From NCBI GenBank assembly GCA_028826165.1, contig JAPDFW010000055.1, positions 558,001-622,000 of the forward strand: 64,000 nucleotides of DNA, in the 5' to 3' direction. Numbering within the stretch: the first letter of the stretch is position 1; every line of letters begins with the position of its first letter. A program made the translations under genes and the position numbers. The notes below the pieces were generated by a model that was given only the letters and a program-made list of their open reading frames with translations, made no database searches and had not been told where the DNA came from. Origin of the DNA: Anaeramoeba ignava BMAN (Eukaryota > Protista > Anaeramoebae). Shown piece by piece: positions 38,701 to 52,369 of this stretch.

Positions 38701-41700
38701 TCTTTTGAATCCGCAAATTTGAAATCAGGCGTGATTGAAAGCTCGACATAGATCAGATTATGCGTAATTGGCTGCACATTTGACTCGAGAAAAACTCGTG
38801 GGATTTGATGAATTAATTTATGCAAAATTTTCCCCATTTTCTCAAATCTCAGCATTTTCCCAATTTCTCTTGAATCTAATAAAAGCATCGATTCCCATGA
38901 AAGTTCGTTCTTTTCGATTCTTTTGATAACTTCGGCTGGCAGCTTGCTAAACTGTCTTAATGGCGACTGAGAAATCCACATTCTCTTGTCAACCATCTTG
39001 CATGTTTCCAGCGCGATTCGTGATAATTCAGCCCATCCTCGACGAACTGCAATCTCAAAAAGAGCGCGAAAAATTCTAAGTGCGCTTTGTGTGATATAAA
39101 CCATATCCGAAAGCAAAGAAAACCCATCCAATTTAAGACGTGAAATATACGACTGAAGAAGTACGTTGATTTTTGCTGAAGGATCCTCAGTTGTTTCCTT
39201 AACAGGGATGGGAACTCTTTCAAGGAGTTTTTGCAGTTCAATTTTTTCTTCCGATCTTACAATGACATTTTTAAATTCAGATGATAATGTGAATAATCGG
39301 AAGAGTTCGATTTTTGTCATATAAGGTTTGAGAAATTCATTATAAACTGCGATTGAATTGTGTGTGATATAATAATAACTTGCAACTCTTCCTAAAACTG
39401 TTGAATGAAATGCTCCTGTTCTTCTATCGTATTTTACAAGCTTGTTTTTGTCAAGTATTGTTGCTGATGTGTGTATTAAATCGATTCTTCTTTGCAAGAG
39501 TTTTGGATCTGAAGATATTTCATCATCTGGAATTCCGTAGAGTTTAGGGTTTTGGAGCATTCTGATATAAAGATATGAATTTCCGAGCCATTCCACACCA
39601 TCTATTTAATTTTAATTTTATAAATGAATTTTATAAATGAATTTTAATTTTAATTTTAATTTTATAAATGAATTTTATATTTAATTTTAATTTTAATTTT
39701 ATATTTAATTTTAATTTTAATTTTATAAATGAATTTTAATTTTAATTTTAATTTTAATTTTAATTTTATAAATGAATTTTAATTTTAATTTTATAAATGA
39801 ATTTTATAAATGAATTTTAATTTTAATTTTATAAATGAATTTTATAAATGAATTTTAATTTTTATATTAATTTTAATTTTTTACCATCAATATTATTTAT
39901 AGTTCCAAGAACAATTTCAGCATTTAAACAATCTACAATTCTTGAAATTAATTGACTTTCAATAGGTAATTGATGATTAAACAAAGAGAGATAAAACTAA
40001 TTTAAATTAAAATTAAATATAAAATTAAATTATTTAAAAATTATATTAAATTAAAACTAAATTTTTTAAAAATTATATTATTTAAAAATTATATTATTTA
40101 AAAATTATATTATTTAAAAATTAAATTATTTAAAAATTATATCATTTAAAAATTATATTATTTAAAAATTATATTATTTAAAAATTATATTAAATTAAAA
40201 TTAAATTTTTTAAAAATTATATTTTTTAAAAATTATATTATTTAAAAATATTTTTTAAAAATTATATACTTGAAGTTCTTGATGAGATGTAATTATAATT
40301 CCTTCTCCTTCCTTATCAAATTGGGGTCTTCCAGCTCTCCCCATTTGTTGCATAACATCCAACATACTCAACTCAACCCAAGCACCTTTTTCAGGATTAT
40401 AATATTGAGTTCCTTTAATAATAACTGTTCTAGCAGGTAAATTAACACCCCAAGCCAGAGTAGCTGTTGAGCAAAGAACCTTGATTTGGCGATCACTAAA
40501 CAAATCCTCAACTAAACTTCTATCAGTTTTAGTGAGTCCAGCATGATGAATAGCAAATCCATTTGGTAAAAATGATTTCAAATCAGGATCTTTGCAATTT
40601 TGTGATTCTGTTTTTAAAATTTCTTTTGTGACTCGATCTCTTCCAATAAATTTTGTAATCATATTATTTTCAATCACTAAATCTAATAAAGCTCGAATTG
40701 TTTTTGCTGTTTCTTTTCGAGAATGAACAAATATTAGTATTTGATGATCTGATGATGCTCTTTCAATCACTTTCTCATAAACTATTTGATTCATTAAATT
40801 ATATCTTTTTAATGCGTTTTTTTCTGTTATTCCAATGTATCGTTGATATAATGGACATGGTCGTTGGCTGTTATCAAAATGAAATAATCCTTTTTCTGGA
40901 TCTACTCGAAGAAATGAAGCAACATCTTTATAATTTGGTAATGTTGCTGAAAGTCCAACTATTCGGATCATTTCTTGTGTTGATTCTACTTGTTGTATTG
41001 TTCTACTTACAATTGCTTCAAGAACTATTTTTAATATCAAAATATTTTAAATTTTATAAATTAATTTTAATTTTCAAAATGAATTATTTTAATTTTAATT
41101 TTAATTTTAATTTTAATATTAATTTTATAAATGAATTTTAATTTTAATTTATAATTTTAAATATAATTTTAATTTTATAAATGAATTTTAATTTTAATTT
41201 TAATTTTAATTTTAATTTTGATTATAATTTTATAAATGAATTTTAATTTTAATTTTAATTTTAATTTTAATTTTAATATTAATATTAATTTTAATTTTTA
41301 ATTTTAATTTTAATTTTATAAATGAATTTTAATTTTATAAATGAATTTTAATTTTAATAAATGAATTTTAATTTTAATTTTAATTTTAATTTTAATTTTG
41401 ATTATAATTTTAATTTTAATTTTAATTTTAATTTTAATTTTAATTTTAATTTTAATTTTAATTTTAATTTTAATTTTAATTTTAAATTTTAATTTATAAT
41501 TTTAATTTTAATTTTAATTTTAATTTTAATTTTAATTTTATAAATGAATTTTAATTTTATAAATGAATTTTAATTTTTGATTAATAAATACCTGGACCTC
41601 GATCATCATGTAAAAGATGTATTTCATCAATAATAATCAATCTAACAATTTGTGTATATGCTCTTTCTCCAGATTTTCTTGTAATAATATCCCATTTTTC

Positions 41701-44700
41701 TGGAGTAGTAACAATTAATTGAGTTTCAGAAATTTGTTGTTTTGAAAGTTGTTGATCTCCACTTAATTCTCTAACTTGAATACCATATCCCTTTAATCTA
41801 TTAGAAAAACTTCCAACTACTTCTTGTACTAATGATTTCATTGGCGCAATATAGATTATTTTAAAACTATCATAATCAATTTCTTTAGTTTCCTAAAATT
41901 TCAAAAAAAATTTTTTTAATTTAAATATCAAAAAATTTTTCATATTCATTTATAGTGTTGATTTTTACATGATTTGTATGTAATCCAATTTCTCGTAAAA
42001 TTGTTAACATTGCAATATTTGTTTTACCAGATCCTGTTGGAGCACAAATTAAAAGATTATCTGGTTGAAATAAAGCTTGATGATAAACAACAGATTGAAC
42101 TGGATTTAAATGTTTTAATTTTTCAAAAGGAAGTCTTGCAAATTCTGGAAGATCTTTAATATAAATTATTTTAGCATCTTTTCTTTGATTATTTAGAGGA
42201 GGTCTAATAAAAATTTCTTCATAACCCTTTTTTAATTTTCAAAATGAATTTTAATTTTAATTTTAATTTTTCAAAATGAATTATAATTTTAATTTTAATT
42301 TTCAAAATGAATTTTAATTTTAATTTTAATTTTTAATTTTATAAATGAATTTTAATTTTAATTTTAATTTTAATTTTCAAAATGAATTTTAATTTTAATT
42401 TTCAAAATGAATTTTAATTTTAATTTTAATTTTAATTTTAATTTTAATTTTAATTTTAATTTTAATTTTAATTTTAATTTTAATTTTAATTTTAATTTTA
42501 ATTATAATTTTAATTTTCAAAATGAATTATAATTTTGATTTTAATTTTGATTTTAATTTTCAAAATGAATTATAATTTTGATTTTAATTTTAATTTTGAT
42601 TTTAATTTTAATTTTAATTTTAATTTTAATTTTAATTTTAATTTTAAATTTTAATTTTAATTTTCAAAATGAATTATAATTTTGATTTTGATTTTAATTT
42701 TAATTTTGATTTTGTTTAAATTTACCTTCTTTTTCTCTCTTGTTGAATTGGGTGGAAGAGTACATTCAGAATTCGCCATAAAATGACTTCCTTGTTCAAA
42801 TACTAAATTTTGAAGATCTAAAAATGTTCTTCCATAAACTCCTTTTTCTGATTGAACTAAATCCATTCTTGATGTAATTCTATTCAATTCATTTGATGTT
42901 GTTTCATTTGTATTTGAAGTTAATGAAACATCCCTTTCAATTTCTACTAATGCTTCAGAAAACTCCTTTTTTTGAGATAATTCGGTCTTTAAAATTTGTC
43001 TTTGTTCTTCATCTTTTGTTCTTGCCAATAAAATACAAACAATAACTTTTTTTATTATTTTTTTTTAAAAAGAAAATTTTTTTCCAATTTTAAAAATTTT
43101 TTTTTCCGATTTTTAAATTTTTAAATCAATTTTTTTTTCAATTACTTTTAAATCTATTTTTCAATAAAATTTTAATAAACTCAAATCTTTCAAAATCAAG
43201 AAGAGAAACTAATCTATTTTTTGTTTTAAATTAAATCAAAAAAAAAAATAATAATAAAATTTTTTGTTGATTATAAATATTTCTTTGTTTAAATAATAAA
43301 TTATCATAATTTAATTTGAAAATAATTCTTACTTATTTTCACATTCACGATTATCATAATTAATATCATTTAAAATTTTAAAAACTTCTTCAGAAATTTG
43401 TTGAGCAATAACATCATCTGAGAAAAATGTTTTAAGTTTTCTAAGAAGCCAAAAAGCATCAATTTCAAGAGCAGATACTTTAAGAGGATCATCTCTTTCA
43501 TAATCTTGAAAAAACTCATCATCTTCAATATCTTTTCTCTTTTTAAATTTTTAAATTTTTTAATTTTTAAATTTTTAAAATGAAAAATATTTTTTTCTGA
43601 TTTTAATTACTTTTTGTGCAAGTGGATCAAGAAATGTATCTTCTCCATCAATATCAGAATCTCTTTCTTCTTCAGAAGAAATAATTTCATCATTTAAATC
43701 AACATTTTCATCTTCACTTGAATCAGAAATTTCTAAAGGAACTCCAATTGTATCAATTTGATCATCTAAAAATGAAAAATTCAATATAATTATAAATATA
43801 AATATAAATATAAATATTTAAATAAATATAAATATTTAAATAAATATAAATATAAATATAAATATTTAAATAAATATAAATATTTAAATAAATATAAATA
43901 TTTAAATAAATATAAATATTTAAATAAATATAAATATTTAAATAAATATAAATATTTAAATAAATATAAATATTTAAATAAATATAAATATAAATATTTA
44001 AATAAATATAAATATAAATATTTAAATAAATATAAATATAAATATTTAAATAAATATAAATATAAATATTTAAATAAATATAAATATAAATATAAATATA
44101 AATATAAATATTTAAATAAATATAAATATAAATATAATTATAAATATAAATATAAATATTTAAATAAATATAAATATAAATATTTAAATAAATATAAATA
44201 TAAATATTTAAATAAATATAAATATAAATATAAATATAAATATTTAAATAAATATAAATATAAATATAAATATAAATATAAATATAAATATTTAAATAAA
44301 TATAAATATTTAAATAAATATAAATATAAATATTTAAATAAATATAAATATAAATATTTAAATAAATATAAATATAAATATAAATATAAATATTTAAAAT
44401 TTATTATTAATTATTAATATTTATTATTATTTACCTTTTTTATAAACTTGTTCTTCAAAAGTAAAATCAATTAAATTTTTCGAAATTGAAGTAAGTAATC
44501 CAATTTCTTCATCAGAAAAATCTGGAATTAATTCATTTAATCCATTTTTACGTTGTAATTCCTTTTAATAATAAAAAAAATAGAAAAGAAAATTTTGTTC
44601 AATTAAAATGTTTTGAAATTTTTAAAATCGGAAAAAAATTTTTTCTTTTTTTTCAAATTACTGCAAATTCAGGATTTTTTAAAATTAATAAAATATCATG

Positions 44701-46330
44701 TGCACTTCTTTTTATAACATCATCAGGTACATCAGTTAAATGTTTTGAGATAATAGCAAGCATTTTTTCATATTCAATTTCTGTTTCACGAGTTTTTGGA
44801 TAATAAATTGTTACATCTTTTTCAAGTGAAATTATATTTCCTCCAAACTAATTTGAATTTTTATATAATATTAAGAAATAAATAATATAAATTTAGCAAA
44901 TAAAAAATTTGAAGAATAAAAGAAAAATGATGATATTAATACGCGAATTGAAAGTTCTCTTTCTTTTTTCTTTCTTTGTTCTCTCCTAAAAAAAAAGTGA
45001 ATTAAGAAATTGTTTTTAATTTTAATTTTAATTTTATAAATGAATATTAATTTTAATTTTAATTTTATAAATGAATTTTAATTTTAATTTTAATTTTAAT
45101 TTTAATTTTAATTTTAATTTTAATTTTTTTACTTTTTTCGAATTTGATCAATTTTTTCCTTTAATTGTTGTGGTTTTGTTTGTTGGTGTTTAGTTCCAAA
45201 TCCAGTTAATGGACCATCAAATCCAACAGCCATTCCTGATGGTTCATCACTTCTTGGTGGTCTTCTTTCAGGTTGCAGAACTAAATTTGCGTTCTAATAA
45301 TTTTAATTTTAATTTTAATTTTAATTTTAATTTTAATTTTAATTTTAATTTTAATTTTAATTTTAATTTTTAATTTTAATTTTAATTTTAAATTTAATTT
45401 TAATTTTAATTTTAATTTTATTTTTAATTTTAATTTTAATTTTAATTTTATAAATGAATTTTGATTTTAATTTTATATTTAATTTTAATTTTAATTTTAA
45501 TTTTAATTTTAATTTTAATATTGAATTTTAATTTTAATTTTAATTTTAATTTTAATTTTAATTTTAATTTTAAATTTAATTTTAATTTTAATTTTAATTT
45601 TAATTTTAATTTTAATTTTAATTTTAATTTTAATATTAATTTTAATATTAATTTTAATTTTAATTTTAATTTTAATTTAATTTTAATTTTTAATTTTAAT
45701 TTTAATTTTAATTTTTAATTTTAATTTTAATTTTAATTTTAATTTTAATTTTAATTTTAATTTTAATTTTTATTTTTTTAATTTTAATTTTTAATTTTAA
45801 TTTTTAATTTTTAATTTTAATTTTAATTTTAATTTTTAATTTTAATTTTAATTTTAATTTTAATTTTAATTTTAATTTTAATTTTTAATTTTAATTTTAA
45901 TTTTAATTTTAATTTTAATTTTAATTTTTAATTTTAATTTTAATTTTAATTTTAATTTTAATTTTAATTTTAATTTTTAATTTTATTTTAAAAATTTTTT
46001 AATTTTAATTTTAAATTTATTTTTTAATTTTAATTAAAAATTAATAGAAAAATGAAAAATTTTAATTTTATATTTAATTTTAATTTTAATTTTTTAATTT
46101 TTAATTTTAATTTTAATTTTTCTTTTTTTCCAAATAATAATTTTAAATTTTAATTTCAAAAATGAGTTATTTTAATTTTAATTATAATTTTAATTTTAAT
46201 TTTAATTTAAAAATTGTGTTCAAAAATCGTCAAATGAAAATGAAACTTTTATAATTTTGAATAGAAAACAAAGAAAATTAATTTATGTTTTTGTCTGTAT
46301 TCATAAAAATTTCCATCATTGCATAACCAT
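35703..46330 (-). CDS. SNRNP200: U5 snRNP 200 kDa helicase Brr2, ~14 exons
   Basis: YEYRQ|[18 protein letters not shown]-like IDAFWL, two Ski2-like cassettes ([14 protein letters not shown]; [14 protein letters not shown]), two Sec63 domains, [13 protein letters not shown]; junctions read manually. Confidence 0.96.
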
Positions 46331-46567
46331 TTTAAAAATTATTTAAAAAGAATTATAAAAGAAATTGATTTTAATAATAATTAATTAAAAATAAAATTTT
46401 AAATAATTTTATAAATAAAAAAATGAAAAATTAATAAAAATTTACATATTTTTTAATAAAAATTAGTAATTTAAAAATAATTTTTACTAATTTAATTAAT
46501 TTTTTTTTATTTTATTTTTTCATTTTTCTTCTTTTCCAAATAATTAAAACAAATAATTTTTAAATAA

Positions 46568-49122
46568 ATGAAACCAATACAAAGAGTTATTATTATTGGA
46601 TTTACACCTGAAACAGGAAATAAAATTGAATATTCTTATCCAAATTTAAATGAAAATCAAAAATCAAAAAAAAATGCATCAAATGAAAAATGGGTGAAAC
46701 TTTTATGTCTTTTTTTAACTTCCAATTAGAAAACAAACTGAAAAAAGAAATTATGTTTTTTTTTCAATTCCTCAACTTCCTTCTTCTTCTCAAAAAAATA
46801 TGTTACATTGCATTTCTTTATTTCAATCTATTCAAAATGAAGTAAATTTTATAATTAATTTTATAAATAATTTTATATTTAATTTTATATATAAATTTAT
46901 ATTTAATTTTATATTTAATTTTATATTTAATTTTATATTTAATTTTATAAATAATTTTATATTTAATTTTATATTTAATTTTATATTTAATTTTATAAAT
47001 AATTTTATAAATAATTTTATATTTAATTTTATATTTAATTTTATAAATAATTTTATAAATAATTTTATAAATAATTTTATAAATAATTTTATAAATAATT
47101 TTATAAATAATTTTATATTTAATTTTATAAATAATTTTATAAATAATTTTATAAATAATTTTATAAATAATTTTATATTTAATTTTATAAAAAAATTAAT
47201 AAAAGAATTTGGCTAAAAAAGAAAATTCAATTCTTCCAAAAAAAGCTATTTGTGTTTTATCAAACTTCCCCTTTTATGGTTCAATTAAATCCAAATTGGA
47301 AACTTTAACTCGTGGTTGGTCAAAAGAACAAGATTTTGCAAATCATCAATTTATTCAATCAGTTTATGAAACACTAAATAATACTTATTCAATTCCTCAA
47401 GAATCAAAAGAATTTAATAATTTTATTTATCAAGGTTTTTCTCCAAAGATTTTATTTAGAATTTTTGGAAGAGGTGTTCTTGTTATTATTAAAGCAATTT
47501 TATTGGAAAAAAAGATTATTTTATTTCATAATTCTCCAAGTGTTGTTTCTTTTCTTTCTTTAGCTTTGATTTCTTTAATTCCTAGTTTATTAGAAACATT
47601 TATTCCAGAAAAAGAAAAAGATAATTTAAAAAATCAAAATCAAAATCAAGATAAAAATCAAGATAAAAATAAAAATCAAATTCAAGATCAAAATCAAAAT
47701 CAAAATCAAAATAAAAATCAAAATGAAGATCAAAATCAAAATGAAGATAAAAATCAAAATGAAGATAAAAATCAAATTGAAAATCAAAATCAAAATGAAG
47801 ATAAAAATCAAAATCAAAATCAAGATAAAAATCAAAATCAAAATAAAAATCAAATTGAAGATAAAAATCAAAATCAAAATGAAGATAAAAATCAAAATGA
47901 AGATAAAAATCAAATTGAAGATAAAAATCAAAATCAAAATGAAGATAAAAATCAAATTGAAGATAAAAATCAAATTGAAAATAAAAATCAAAATCAAGAT
48001 AAAAATCAAAATCAAATTCAAAATCAAAATCAAATTCAAAATCAAGATAAAAATCAAGATAAAAATCAAATTCAAAACCAAAAAAAATCCAAAAATAAAT
48101 TTTTAAAAGATTTTGGATTACCTTTATACATCTTTTCTGAAAATAACCCTTTCCAACCCTTTCTTATTCACCATTTACTTAACTATTACGGTTCAAATAA
48201 ATTTCATAAATTCTTTCTTGGAGTAATCAATCCTCTTTTTTTCACAGAAAAATTCTCATCAGATATAAAAATCAAAATTGACCAAAATTTAGAAGGAAAT
48301 GTTTTGATAGAAAATAAAGATTTGAAAAAAATTCTCGCTTTAACTCAATCAGAAAAAAAATTTATTGACAACATCATTGAAACATTAAAAGCAAATAAAA
48401 CTCAAGAGAATAATTGGATTGGAAGTGATGATTGGATTCGACAAAAATTTCATGGATATTTCAAAAGATTTTTAAATGATTTTGCAACTCAAACTAATAT
48501 TTCTAAATATAAAAATACAGCACAAAAAAAAGATGTTTGGAAAAAAATTTTATTGAAACCTCAAGAAATAAATTCAGATAATTCAAATTCTCAAATTGAT
48601 TTAAACATTAGTGTTATTTCAAGATATAATACTCAATGGATTTTTAATTGGATGTTATCAAATAATTTTCGAAATTGGATCAAAAAAATACCTGATGATA
48701 TTGTTCCATTTATACAAGAAAAAAAAGAAATCCAGAATTTAATTAATCGAAGAGATGTTGATATTTTTGGAGAAATTGAGGAACAATTATCTTGGTTTGG
48801 AAAGAAAGTTGGAGCAACTTTTTCATCTGTTTTTAAAAAAAAAGATAAAGATAATGAAAAAGAAAAAGAAAAAGAAAAAGATAATGAAAAAGATAAAGAA
48901 AAAGATAATGAAAAAGAAAAAGATAAAGAAAAAGATAATGAAAAAGATAAAGAAAAAGATCCTTTGAAAATTCGTCAACAAAAATTAATTATACAATTAA
49001 TTAAATGTAAAGTTGATAAATCTATTGCTCAAAATGCTGTTGAAATTACAAATTCAAGTAATTTTGAAGATGTTCTTGATTGGATAATTGATCAAGAAAT
49101 GATACAAGAAGGTTATATTTGA
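46568..49122 (+). CDS. AVL9: AVL9-like DENN-domain protein with NQ/ED insertion and C-terminal UBA-like domain; 1 intron, frameshift near 46715
   Basis: VIIIGFTPETGNKIEYSYP, KAICVLSNFPFYGSIKSKL, IIKAILLEKKIILF, ALISLIP, FGLPLYIF, LTQSEKKFID, WIGSDDWIRQKFHGY. Confidence 0.85.
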
Positions 49123-49424
49123 AGTTTCTATTTTTTATTTTATTTCTATTTTAAAACAATAAAAACCAAATTTTAAATCAATTTTTTCAATAAATATAAA
49201 AAAAAAATGGAATAAATAAATAATAGAAATAAATATTAGAAATAAATATTAAATTAAAAATTAAAATAAAAAATTAAAATAAAACAGTATTTAAAGATGT
49301 TTTAATTAAAAAAAAAGAAATAAAAAAATTTTTTTTAAATAAATTTTTTTCATTTTTTTACTTTTATTAAAAAAAAAGCGAAAAAAAACTTAATTAAAAA
49401 ATTAAATTTAAATTAAATTAAAAA

Positions 49425-52368
49425 ATGGCAGATAGACAACAAGAAAGAGAAGATCTTATAAGTAATAAAATTATTGCAGAAATCAAAATTAAAAAATTAA
49501 AAGAATTTAGAGGAGAATTAAAAGAACATTTCAATTCAGTTGAAGAAGAATTAAAAAAACATGAAAATGATCCAATTAATTATATAACTCAACTTCAAAA
49601 AGGATTAAATGAAGCAAAATTTGCACAAGAATCACTTCATGAACCAATAGATCTTGGTGCACTTTTTTATGAATATCAACAAGGAAATCAAGAAATTTGT
49701 GATAATATTCTTGATGAACATAAACAAAAGTTATTAAAACAAATGCAACAAATTAAAAACAGAGGAGAATTAGTTTATCTTTATGGAAAAATATTAGAAG
49801 AACAAGCAAATTATGATGAAGAACAATATATTGAAAGACAACAAGAAAGAGAATTAGCAAAAAAACAAAGAAAAGAACAACTTGATAATGAAAATAACAA
49901 TAACAATAATAATAATAATGAAAAAGAAAAAGATGAAAAAGAAAAAGATGAGAAAAAAGATGAGAAAAAAGATGAAAAAAGAACCAGTTAAAAAAACTTG
50001 GAAAGAAAGACTTGAAGAACATAAAAAAGAATATTCTAAATTATGGGCTCCTAAAACAAAACAAGAAATTGAAGTTCCTGAAGAATATATTAATTCAATT
50101 TTTGATTTAATGGATCAAGAAATTTTAGAAATGGCAAGATTAAATGTTAAAAGTTTTATTGAAAATGAATTATTAGCACTTGTTCAAGAAGAAGAATTAA
50201 AATATGTTTTGAGTTTTATTCGTAAAAATATTCATATGCCTGGATTTTTTAGACAAAATGCATCTGGAATTCTTAGATCTGAATTAAAACTTTCTGAATG
50301 GACTGGTGCTTTAACAATTTTAATTTCTAAATTTAAAGAATTTAAATGGAATGAAATAACATCACTTAGAAGTATTTTTACAAGAAAAAGATTTAGAATA
50401 TTTTTGAAAGAAGATTTTATGACACTTGTTTTAACTAATTTAATTGGATTAAGATGGCAAATGAAATTAAAACAAATTTTAAGAACACTTCATCATTCTG
50501 GAATTAATTTCCCTTCTTTTGTTAATCATTCATCAGCAATTCAATACAGAAAACAAAAAGTACATTCATTATTTATGCCATTTTGTCCTGATAATTTATA
50601 TGATTATCAAAATGTTGATAATTATGGACAAACAAGATTTTCAACAAATCAAACACAAGGACCTGATTCTTTTCAAAAATTATTATGCCATTTAAATGGA
50701 GAATTATCATTTTTAAGAGCTGTTTTTCCAGAAAGATCATTAGCATTTTTTAGAACTGATATTAAAGATTATTTCCCAAGAATTCAACACAACACACTTC
50801 TTTATATATTAAAGAAAATAGGAGTTACAGATGATTGGATTGAATTTTTTAGAAAATTTCTTGAAGTTGTTGTTCATATTGAAGGAGAAACATACGTTTG
50901 TCAAAGAGGAATTCCATTAGATCACAGTCTTTCAATTTTATTTAGTGATTTAATGTTATGGTTAATGGATGTATCAGTATTTAAAAAAACTGATGTTGAA
51001 TTAATTAGAGCATTAGATGATATCTTCTTTATTACAGTTGATACTGAAAGAGCAACCAGAGCATTTAAAGAAATTGAAAACTTTTGTTCTAAAATGGGAT
51101 TTGAATTAAATTATGATAAAACTGGATATTCATTTAGTGATGGAAGTAAAATTGAAGAACTTGAAAACAAAACCAAAGAAATCAAATGGGGATTATTAAA
51201 ATTAAAAGATTGTGATTGGATAATAAGTGATGAAAGTTTAAAAGAAGTTCTTGATGGATTTAAAGATGCAATTTCATTTGATTCACCAGTTTTAACAATT
51301 ATCTCATTATGGAATAGTTATATTCATTATATTATTAAGAATTTAGGAATATTTGTTTATTTAGGAAAAGAACATCTTAATAATGTTTCTAAAAAGATCA
51401 AAGAAATTGAAAAAGAAATATTTGGAGAAAAAGGAATTGTTAAATTAATTAAAGAAAAAATATTAGAAAGATTTGGAGAAGGAAACATTAAAGATATTCC
51501 ATTAGGATTTATTTTCTTACCATTAGAATGTGGAGGACTTGGATTATTTCAACCTAATATTTACATTTACACATTCAAACAAAGTTCAGATTATAGAGTT
51601 GAAAAACCAACAACATTAAAACAATCAACAGAAGATCTTGGATTTGGATTATCACCATTTACACAATATGGAACAACATCATTATTACAACAACAAAATC
51701 AAATGTTTTCAAATCAATATGGAGGAGGATTTGGAGCGAAAAAATCATCATTTGGATTTGGGCCAAGATACACATCTTCATCAATGAAATCAACATCAAT
51801 GAAAGCAGTTCCTAAAATGATGGCTAAAAGAAAAGTATTTGGAAGAGCTAAATCCAAAAGTAAACCAATATTTGCCAAAATTGAATCAGAATCTGATGAA
51901 TATGAAGATGAATATGATGATAATGAAAAAGATATAAAAGATAAAAAAGGAGGAAAAGAAGAAAAAGAAGAAGAAGAATTAAAAGTGCCAGGAATTCCAG
52001 ATTTTTTTAATTGTCCTGAAATGTTATTAAATCAAGAATATGGATATTTTTATAATCAACTTCAACAACCATTAGATCAAAGTGGACCATCACATCATAA
52101 TGTTGATTTATCATCACAATATTCATATGAATATGGATATGGATATGGAGGAGGAGGAGGAAGATTTGGATATAGATCAAAAATGATGGCAAGAAGAAGA
52201 GCAAGACCAAGAACAACAACAGCAAGTTATACAACACCATATCATATTTGGTTATTCCATATTTATGATGATTTAAAAGATTTTGCAGGCAAACTTGATT
52301 ATCAACATCCTGATTTAATTCCATCAATTTTAATCAAACAAATCAAATCAAATCAAAGAAATTTATAA
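49425..52368 (+). CDS. rvt: rvt-family cellular reverse transcriptase-related protein (N-terminal coiled coil + RT + C-terminal domain); two ORFs separated by one extra A at ~49975-49980
   Basis: RT motifs TDIKDYFPRI.H, RGIPLDHSLS.LFSD, RALDDIFF, FELNYDKTG, IKWGLLKL; rvt-type blocks RFRIFLKEDF..LIGLRW, QKLL..LNGE, WNSY, LGKEHL, IPLGFIFLPLECGGLGL; no endonuclease, RNase H, integrase or gag. Confidence 0.88.
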
Positions 52369-52369
52369 T

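Noticed and set aside
49425-52368. Retrotransposon (ORF1/ORF2 LINE, Penelope) or telomerase
   Set aside because: No endonuclease, RNase H, zinc knuckle, poly(A) tail, LTR or TSD, and no TERT T/CP motifs; the first ORF resembles the rvt N-terminal coiled coil
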